Source: Luteolibacter sp. (GTDB lineage Bacteria; Verrucomicrobiota; Verrucomicrobiia; Verrucomicrobiales; Akkermansiaceae). From it: DNA of 34,539 nt. A program made the position numbers and the translations under genes. The notes under the pieces are model-generated. The model searched no databases. It had not been told where the DNA came from and worked only from the letters and a program-made list of their open reading frames with translations. The stretch spans positions 1-34,539 of the forward strand of contig JBIPND010000001.1 of assembly GCA_044374015.1 (NCBI GenBank), given 5' to 3'. The first letter of the stretch is position 1; each line of letters begins with the position of its first letter. Positions 28,756 through 34,539 of this stretch are shown here, piece after piece.

Positions 28756-29940
28756 TCATGGCCACGAAGCACCAGGTGTTGTCCGGCGGCACGAGTCCGG
28801 AATTCCACGTATAGCCGCCGCCGTCCCACGTGTAGCGGAGTGCGTTGCCGGTGCCGAAGTGAAAGCCGGCCACGGAGGATCCGGCGCGGGTGAAGATGAG
28901 TCCTGATTGGCGCGGGGCGGCAGTGGGAATGAATAATTTCCGAGATTGTCGAGAATGGCGGTCTTGGTATTGCGGTGGGCGACGATTTTCTTCAACTCGG
29001 AGCTGGAGAAGCGCGAGAGCGAGTTGCCCGACATGATTGTAGCACCTTCCGGGTTGCCGCCGCCTTCATAGTGGCTGGAACTCCAGTTGTGACCGACCTC
29101 GTGGCGCCAGACTCCGGAGAAATCCCCGGTCGGGTCAGAATCGTTGGCGGAATAACGGGATGCGGTGCCGATGACTCCGACATAGGCCAGGCCTCCATTC
29201 GCCGCGGAGTGCGCGACGAGTCCGACATCATGGGTGGAACCCATCGGGCTTGCGGTGTTCCAAGTCGCGCGGACCTTGTTGAGCAGCAAGCCCGTATCTC
29301 CGCCATCCGCCGCGTAGGGATCCTGCGTGGCATCGGCGCGGACGATGATTTTCCCGATCCGGTGCTGGATGGCGGCATCCCGGAGATACACCATGTCGGT
29401 GGACATCAGCGAGAATTCGCATTTTTCGACCACCGCATCGACGTTGCCTCCGCAGGCGGTGAAGTGGTTGAAGGTGGAATCGATCCCGACCTCGGCCGCA
29501 TAGACCACCGATCCCGCGCCGCCGCTGCCGATGACGGTCGTCGGCCATGCCGGGACAAACGAGTTGCCGCTCACACTGGCGGTGCCGCCGGTGGTGCTCC
29601 AGGTTTTCCCATCCTCGAGACTGACTCGCGCGAGCAGGGTGTCGTTGGCACGCAGGATGCCGATGGCGATCGCTCCGGGGACGCCTTGAACGGTTCCCAG
29701 ATAGGTCCGTGGCACGTCGGCCGTATGCGTGAGATAGCTGCCGTCGGACTGCTGGACGAGCACCTGGAAATTCGCGCTGCGGATCGGATGCAGCGAGAAA
29801 TCCACCGTGACCGACTGCGATGCGGTGCTGATGGTCCGCGTGAAGCTGGCGGGCGGACTCTGGGCGCTGAGCGGTAGAATCCCCCCGGCAAGGATGGTGA
29901 GGAAAAGCCGCATGCCCGCTGGGGTGCGTTTTGAGGGCAT
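28756..29940 (-). CDS. Secreted metzincin zinc metallopeptidase (reprolysin/M12B-like); catalytic domain intact, C-terminus frameshifted
   Basis: Signal peptide, propeptide-like region, AEVGIDST, GLAYVGVIG, HEVGHNWSSSH (HExxHxxxxxH) and Met-turn ATIMSG. Start is ATG 29940 or 29913. Confidence 0.8.
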   Translation of the reverse strand: MPSKRTPAGMRLFLTILAGGILPLSAQSPPASFTRTISTASQSVTVDFSLHPIRSANFQVLVQQSDGSYLTHTADVPRTYLGTVQGVPGAIAIGILRANDTLLARVSLEDGKTWSTTGGTASVSGNSFVPAWPTTVIGSGGAGSVVYAAEVGIDSTFNHFTACGGNVDAVVEKCEFSLMSTDMVYLRDAAIQHRIGKIIVRADATQDPYAADGGDTGLLLNKVRATWNTASPMGSTHDVGLVAHSAANGGLAYVGVIGTASRYSANDSDPTGDFSGVWRHEVGHNWSSSHYEGGGNPEGATIMSGNSLSRFSSSELKKIVAHRNTKTAILDNLGNYSFPLPPRANQDSSSPAPDPPWPAFTSAPATHSATRGTAAAIRGIPDSCRRTTPGASWP

Positions 29941-30157
29941 GGCGTCAGTGACGGTGGATGGCGATGGGTATCCAAGGGAAAATCCAAACAATTAGCGGTG
30001 AAAAGTCACACCTGACAACGGGAAATCTGAAAAAGTTCTGCATCAACCAATGTAGCAGATGCACGGACGAGGGTTGCCGTTTCGCGGTACGGGACGTGTG
30101 CGGAAAAGAAGGGCTTTCAAGTTGGCACGGGTCCCGACTCAAGCTAGAGACGGCTTG

Positions 30158-31249
30158 GTGAAACGAATTGTCAAACCGAGGGCGGCGGATCTGGCGCTGG
30201 TCGCGTTGAGGAACGAGATTATGAGCGGTCGTTGGGACGAGCGCCTGCCGGGGGCCAGGGTTCTGGCAAATCATCTGGGGGTGAGTGCGCCGACGGCCGC
30301 CGCGGCGTTGCTGAAACTCGCGGGAGAGGGACTCGTGGAGAGTGGGGGCGAGAGATGCGCTTTCCGGGTGGTCGGAGCGCGTCGGGCCTCGTCCTCGGGG
30401 GAATCCCTGGCAGGTCCGCAGCGCCTGCTGATCCTTACCTATAAAGAGCCGGCCATGCTGCCGGACTCCACCCGCAGGCTGATTGAATCGCTCTCCGAGC
30501 GCATGGCGGGAAAGGGCTGGGAAGTGGTGCACCAGACCATCGATTTCCTGCATGTGAAGCGCCCCCAACGTTCCTGGGACCGGACGATTCAGGTCGAACC
30601 GGGAACCTCGGTGATCGCTGTTTTCGGCCGACCGGCACTCGCCGAATGGGCGATCCGCCGCAAGGTGCGGATCTTCTTCCTTGGCGGCGTGACCAATGGC
30701 CTGCCGGTGTCGATGGCGGCGGTGAGATCCCCGCTGGTGGCCCAAGCCGCTCTGGCCCGTTTGACCGCATTGGGGCACTGGCGGATCGTGCTTCCCCTGT
30801 GCGAACACCCGGACACGTTCAAAGCCGCGATGGGTCAGGTGATGAAAGAAGCGATCGAGGGGATGGGCCGGGTCTACACGAAATCCTACCACAATCCGGC
30901 AAGCAGCGCGCTGACTCCTGACGCGATCTGGCGCATCCTGGAGGCCTCGTTTGCCACCGATCCGCCGACGGCCCTGGTGTTCCTGGAGTGGAAGGAATTC
31001 CTGACCGCCCAGTCCTACCTGATGCGGATCGGCCTGAGGATTCCGGAGGATGTGTCGGTCGTCTTGTTGGATGACCAGTTGGAGGCGGAGTGGGTTTATC
31101 CGAAATTGTGTCGCTTCCGGTTTCCACTGCGGCGCGTTCTCAATGTGATGGCGACCTGGCTGGAAGACGGAGACGCAGCCCCCATCAATCGGTTTTTACC
31201 TGCGGACTTCGTCGACGGGGAGACCATGGCTCCTCCCCGTAAGCGCTAG
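30158..31249 (+). CDS. GntR-type wHTH plus LacI-like substrate-binding domain regulator
   Basis: LRNEIMSGRWDERLPGARVLANHLGVSAPT...L..EGLV (GntR HTH). LGHWRI, PPTALVF and GLRIPEDVSVV (LacI-type effector domain). GTG 30158 preferred as start. Confidence 0.88.
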   Translation: MKRIVKPRAADLALVALRNEIMSGRWDERLPGARVLANHLGVSAPTAAAALLKLAGEGLVESGGERCAFRVVGARRASSSGESLAGPQRLLILTYKEPAMLPDSTRRLIESLSERMAGKGWEVVHQTIDFLHVKRPQRSWDRTIQVEPGTSVIAVFGRPALAEWAIRRKVRIFFLGGVTNGLPVSMAAVRSPLVAQAALARLTALGHWRIVLPLCEHPDTFKAAMGQVMKEAIEGMGRVYTKSYHNPASSALTPDAIWRILEASFATDPPTALVFLEWKEFLTAQSYLMRIGLRIPEDVSVVLLDDQLEAEWVYPKLCRFRFPLRRVLNVMATWLEDGDAAPINRFLPADFVDGETMAPPRKR

Positions 31250-31269
31250 AAAAGAAGATGGGAACCACT

Positions 31270-31357
31270 GATTGACGATTGACGATTTTGGATTGTTGAT
31301 TTGACGGAACGGCCGATCAACATTCAATCACCCATTCAAAAATCCAAAATCGTCACT
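31270..31357. repeat. Inverted heptamer-repeat element with perfect 15-bp arms between convergent genes (possible bidirectional terminator)
   Basis: GATTGAC GATTGAC GATTTTG GATTGTT GATTTGA at 31270-31304. TGACGATTTTGGATT (31280-31294) pairs with AATCCAAAATCGTCA (31341-31355). Confidence 0.85.
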
Positions 31358-31394
31358 CGAACCGCTTAAACTGCCTTCGGTAAGACGGCCTGCA

Positions 31395-32531
31395 CTAGTG
31401 CGGTCCGGCTTCGCTTTTGTTAGGCGGAGCATCCCTTGTGATCACGCTTTGCCGCTCGTGCCACGTGGCCTTGACCTCCGGGAACATTCCCGGATCACGC
31501 TTCGCATTTTCATCCAAAACCCAGCGCGCGATGGATCGTGACATCAATTTCACCGGGTGCTCATAGTGGCTGATCGCCGGTGAATACCATTCCATCGCGG
31601 TGTTTTGCGATAGGATGATCACCGACACATCGCGCGGGATCAAAATGCCTGCCCGGTTGAAAAATCCCGAGGCCGCCACGAATTCGCGCCAATCGAGAAA
31701 GATCACCGCATCGGGAGGATCCTTCTTCCAATGCTTGCGCAGGAGGTTCACGATGACCTCGGGACCCATGTAGCGGGACTCCTCGATCACGAGGGACTTT
31801 TCCAGCCTCTTTCCCGCCGTGTTCAGCGTGTTTGCGACACGACTGCATTTTTCAACAATATAGGGAAGTCGCGCGCACAAGGGCAGCAGAATCCGGCGGT
31901 GCCCCAGCGCCAGCAGCCGTGCCGCCGCATCCTTCAACATCGTGGAGAGACTGACCGCAAGGAGCGGCAGTCCCACGCTGCCGGGATCTCCTCCGAAGAA
32001 AAGCGTCCGGCATGGCAGCTTGTCCGCCCATTGCGCGAGCACCGGTGTCCCTCCCAGCACCACCATTGCCCCGGGGTCCATCGTGGCCAGCAACTCGTCC
32101 CATGAACGGCGCGGGGTTTTCGCCTCCGAGAAGCGCTCGACGCGGTATACCACCTCCCACTCACTGGTGGCCAGCCGGTCTAACAGTGATGCGAATACCT
32201 CCACGCCGCTGAAGCGTTGCTCCCCCAACGGCTGGGGGGTCAGGAAAAGCAACCTCCGGGAAGTCGTCCTGAGCGCCGACCCGGACAGCGGTTCGGACGC
32301 CTGGGATGAGGGATCCGCCAGCCGCCACTTGCGCCGGCCTCCGCCGCTTTCCAGGAAACCCTCCGCTTCCAACAGATGCAGCGCCTTGCAGAGCGTCGGC
32401 ACGCTTACCTCCAATGTTTTGGCCAGCAGGCGGACACCGGGAATCGTCCCGTCCGCGTGGGCGGGCGGGACGTGATGGCGCAAGTGTCGCGCCACCGCTG
32501 AAGCGAGGTCTTTCCGCAACGGAGTTTCCAT
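31395..32531 (-). CDS. GntR-type wHTH plus LacI-like substrate-binding domain regulator (paralog of 30158..31249)
   Basis: IPGVRLLAKTLEVSVPTLCKALHLLEAEGFLESGG, LGHRRILLPLC, DPPDAVIFLDWREF and GILIPRDVSVI align with the convergent neighbour. ATG 32531 preferred as start. Confidence 0.88.
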   Translation of the reverse strand: METPLRKDLASAVARHLRHHVPPAHADGTIPGVRLLAKTLEVSVPTLCKALHLLEAEGFLESGGGRRKWRLADPSSQASEPLSGSALRTTSRRLLFLTPQPLGEQRFSGVEVFASLLDRLATSEWEVVYRVERFSEAKTPRRSWDELLATMDPGAMVVLGGTPVLAQWADKLPCRTLFFGGDPGSVGLPLLAVSLSTMLKDAAARLLALGHRRILLPLCARLPYIVEKCSRVANTLNTAGKRLEKSLVIEESRYMGPEVIVNLLRKHWKKDPPDAVIFLDWREFVAASGFFNRAGILIPRDVSVIILSQNTAMEWYSPAISHYEHPVKLMSRSIARWVLDENAKRDPGMFPEVKATWHERQSVITRDAPPNKSEAGPH

Positions 32532-32573
32532 GACGGGTTCCACAATCCCGGGAGCAGGCCCGCTGTGCAATTC

Positions 32574-32668
32574 AATTGTACAATTTTTCCATGATGAATT
32601 TCCTTCTCGTTTTTGGAATTGGGCATAGGAATTGCTGGTGAGTCGCGACTCTCTGACAGCAGATAAAT
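32574..32668. promoter_or_regulatory. Divergent promoter region with two 12-bp palindromes and a partial motif-1 site
   Basis: AATTGTACAATT (32574-32585), GAGTCGCGACTC (32640-32651) and CAGCAGATAAAT (32657-32668, identical to 12 nt of the reverse complement of motif-1 copy B). Confidence 0.5.
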
Positions 32669-32790
32669 CGCTAGCTTCTTCGATTTTAGCCGACAGCCAT
32701 GATGTCACGCTGATTTTTCGTTGGATTCAATCAGACTAAAACCCAAGGCAAATACTTCCATCGCTCCAACCCAAAAAACCCGAATTCCCC

Positions 32791-34539
32791 ATGAAACTCA
32801 ATCGTTCCAATCCCCTGTTCGCCCGCTATTCGGCCATCGGCCTCACGTCAATCGTTCTCTGCTCCGGCAGTGCGTTCGCAGCCACCTACCAGTGGGATCA
32901 AAATGACAGCACCGCAGGTCTCGGCGGCATCGGCGCGTGGGACACCACCAGTCTGTTCTGGGACCTCGTCGGCACCGGGCTGGATGACGGCACTGCGGTG
33001 ACCGCTGCCGTCGCGAACTGGAATCCCACCACTGCGGTAGATGCCACCACCTTTGGCGGCACCGCCGGCACCGTGAGTCTGGCGGCATCAGTCAATGTGC
33101 TCGGCACCGGTTTCACCACCACCGGCTACACGCTGGATCTGACCAACATCGCCGCCACCAATTACCAATTGGGCGCACTCACTGGCAACGCCACTCTCAA
33201 CACCACTCTCGGCGCGGGCGCAACCACCGCCGATTTCAAAGCCACCGATTGGTCGGGATTCACCGGCATCCTCAACGTCGGGGTGGCCCAAGCCGCGGGT
33301 GCAGGCAAGGCCGCCGTCAGCTCGTCACTCCTCAATGGATTCAATTCCGCCGCGACGGTGAACATCACCGCACACAGCACACTTTATTCTGCCGCCCAGA
33401 CCACCCACGCGGCGGCGCTCACCCTGAATGGTGGCGACACCGGCGAAGCGTTCGGCCAGCTGCGCTTGGACAACGGTGGAGTATGGAGCGGTGCCGTCAC
33501 CTTGGCAGGCGCGATGACCGGCACCGATAGCCACGTTGCCAGTCATGGCGGCACCAGCTTCATCACCGGAGCGATTGGTGAAAGCGGCACCCAAATCCTC
33601 AGCAAAGGCGGCAACCAAACATTGGTCCTATCCGGTGCCAACACCTACAGCGGCGGCACGACTCTGCGCGCCGGCACGCTTGCCGTGACCTCCATCGGCA
33701 ATGTGGCCGATACCTCCAGTCCGCTGGGTGCGGGTGGTGGCATCGACATTGCCGCGAATGCCACCTTGAACTACTGGGGCGCGGGCGATACCACCGACCG
33801 GGTGGTGACCTTTTCGACGGGAAGCGGCGGAAACATTGCGAACAATGGCGCGGGCGCGCTGACATTTTCCAATAACATGATCGCTGCCAATGCCGCCATG
33901 GGCGTGACCTTCACCGGTGGCGCGAACCTGACGATCGGCAGCATCACCGGCAATGCCGCCATCCTCAACTTCAACAAAACCGGCACCGGCACCCTGACGG
34001 TGACTGGCGATATAACATCCTCCGGCACCGCCAGCAACATCCGCCCTCAGGGTGGCGTGCTTTCCTTCGGCTCGTCCGCCACCACCACCACCAACTCGAC
34101 CATCATCAGTGAGCGTTCGGTGGGCGGTATCCTCCGCGTAGCCTCCGGTGCCTCGATCAAGACCAATGCGGATGCCAATACCAACGGCATCATGGGCGGT
34201 TGGGCGGTTTTCAACAATACCGACTGGGCCCAAGTCAATGGCGCGGGCACTGCGATCAGCGCCTATGCCGGCTACACCAATGACACCTGGGCAAGCGGCA
34301 ACAACACGACGGTAACGACCAGTAGCGCGCCGACCTCTGGCAGCACCACCAACAGCCTGCGCTTCAATGCGGCAGCTGCCAATACCATCACTCTTGCGGG
34401 TATCAACACGCTGACCAGTGGCGGCATTCTGGTGACCAGCACCGTGGGAGCCAACGACACCCTGATCACCGGTGGCACGCTCGCCGGTGCCAATACCAAG
34501 GATTTGGTCATCCACCAGTTTAACACCGGCGGCACCCTG
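32791..34539 (+). CDS. Secreted PATR (autotransporter-associated beta-strand repeat) protein, partial (runs off the right edge)
   Basis: Absent from the ORF track because it has no stop in the window. My translation begins MKLNRSNPLFARYSAIGLTSIVLCSGSAFAATYQWDQND and includes LSKGGNQTLVLSGANTYSGGTTLRAGTL and FNKTGTGTLTVTG. The frame appears open to the window end. Confidence 0.88.
   Translation, partial: MKLNRSNPLFARYSAIGLTSIVLCSGSAFAATYQWDQNDSTAGLGGIGAWDTTSLFWDLVGTGLDDGTAVTAAVANWNPTTAVDATTFGGTAGTVSLAASVNVLGTGFTTTGYTLDLTNIAATNYQLGALTGNATLNTTLGAGATTADFKATDWSGFTGILNVGVAQAAGAGKAAVSSSLLNGFNSAATVNITAHSTLYSAAQTTHAAALTLNGGDTGEAFGQLRLDNGGVWSGAVTLAGAMTGTDSHVASHGGTSFITGAIGESGTQILSKGGNQTLVLSGANTYSGGTTLRAGTLAVTSIGNVADTSSPLGAGGGIDIAANATLNYWGAGDTTDRVVTFSTGSGGNIANNGAGALTFSNNMIAANAAMGVTFTGGANLTIGSITGNAAILNFNKTGTGTLTVTGDITSSGTASNIRPQGGVLSFGSSATTTTNSTIISERSVGGILRVASGASIKTNADANTNGIMGGWAVFNNTDWAQVNGAGTAISAYAGYTNDTWASGNNTTVTTSSAPTSGSTTNSLRFNAAAANTITLAGINTLTSGGILVTSTVGANDTLITGGTLAGANTKDLVIHQFNTGGTL

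Larger units (their letters stand above)
26527..29940 (-). pseudogene. Rearranged/disrupted multidomain surface metallopeptidase gene in three pieces: peptidase / half-LamG-Big-Calx-like-PATR / C-terminal tail
   Basis: Frame changes at ~28906 (PPRANQD to SGLIFTRAG, mid-LamG) and ~26750 (HYTGTL to FALCRV). The middle ORF 26663..28873 has no signal peptide and begins inside a LamG domain (WCFVAM...FKGWLDDVRVYKATLTAADI). Confidence 0.7.

Noticed and set aside
28895-28915. Programmed -1 ribosomal frameshift joining peptidase and LamG parts
   Set aside because: No X XXY YYZ slippery heptamer at the junction, and the first half of the LamG domain is missing, which points to DNA rearrangement.
30037-30064. 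TGCATC...GATGCA inverted repeat and TAGCAGAT as a fourth motif-1 site
   Set aside because: Only 6-7 nt match and the AT-rich flanks are absent; not distinguishable from chance.
30122-30140. TTGGCACGG as a sigma-54 -24 box
   Set aside because: No TTGC at the required spacing.
31270-31357. Heptamer array as a CRISPR array
   Set aside because: Units are 7 nt with no spacers, and there are no cas genes.
3942-34515. Long antisense or alternate-frame ORFs (e.g. 3942-4793, 21920-22933, 24421-25422, 28975-29877, 29945-30892, 33628-34515)
   Set aside because: Shadow ORFs expected from high-GC codon bias; each overlaps a well-supported gene and has no recognisable motifs.

Overview
GC-rich bacterial window, most likely Verrucomicrobiota (Luteolibacter/Haloferula-like; inferred from a Verru_Chthon-A-type pilin-like gene and typical C-terminal tails). 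It is an accessory locus of mostly minus-strand exported proteins: a TlpA-type redoxin, a formylglycine sulfatase, a large PilX/Verru_Chthon-A-like pilin protein with an overlapping partner gene, two paralogous autotransporter-repeat (PATR) surface proteins, and a rearranged metzincin gene. Three sugar-sensing regulators are present (one XylR-type, two GntR-HTH/LacI-effector hybrids). The main signal is three very divergent proteins carrying the same uncharacterised DUF3472-like module with two invariant glutamates, each on a different scaffold. The large proteins lack a beta-barrel but share a C-terminal Y-x-[VIL]-E-x-S-x-x-L...W...F-[YA]-R tail, one copy of which is a 223-bp direct repeat. 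Two candidate operator motifs recur across promoters. No rRNA, tRNA, CRISPR array or transposase was seen. All domain calls come from motif recognition by eye, not database searches.
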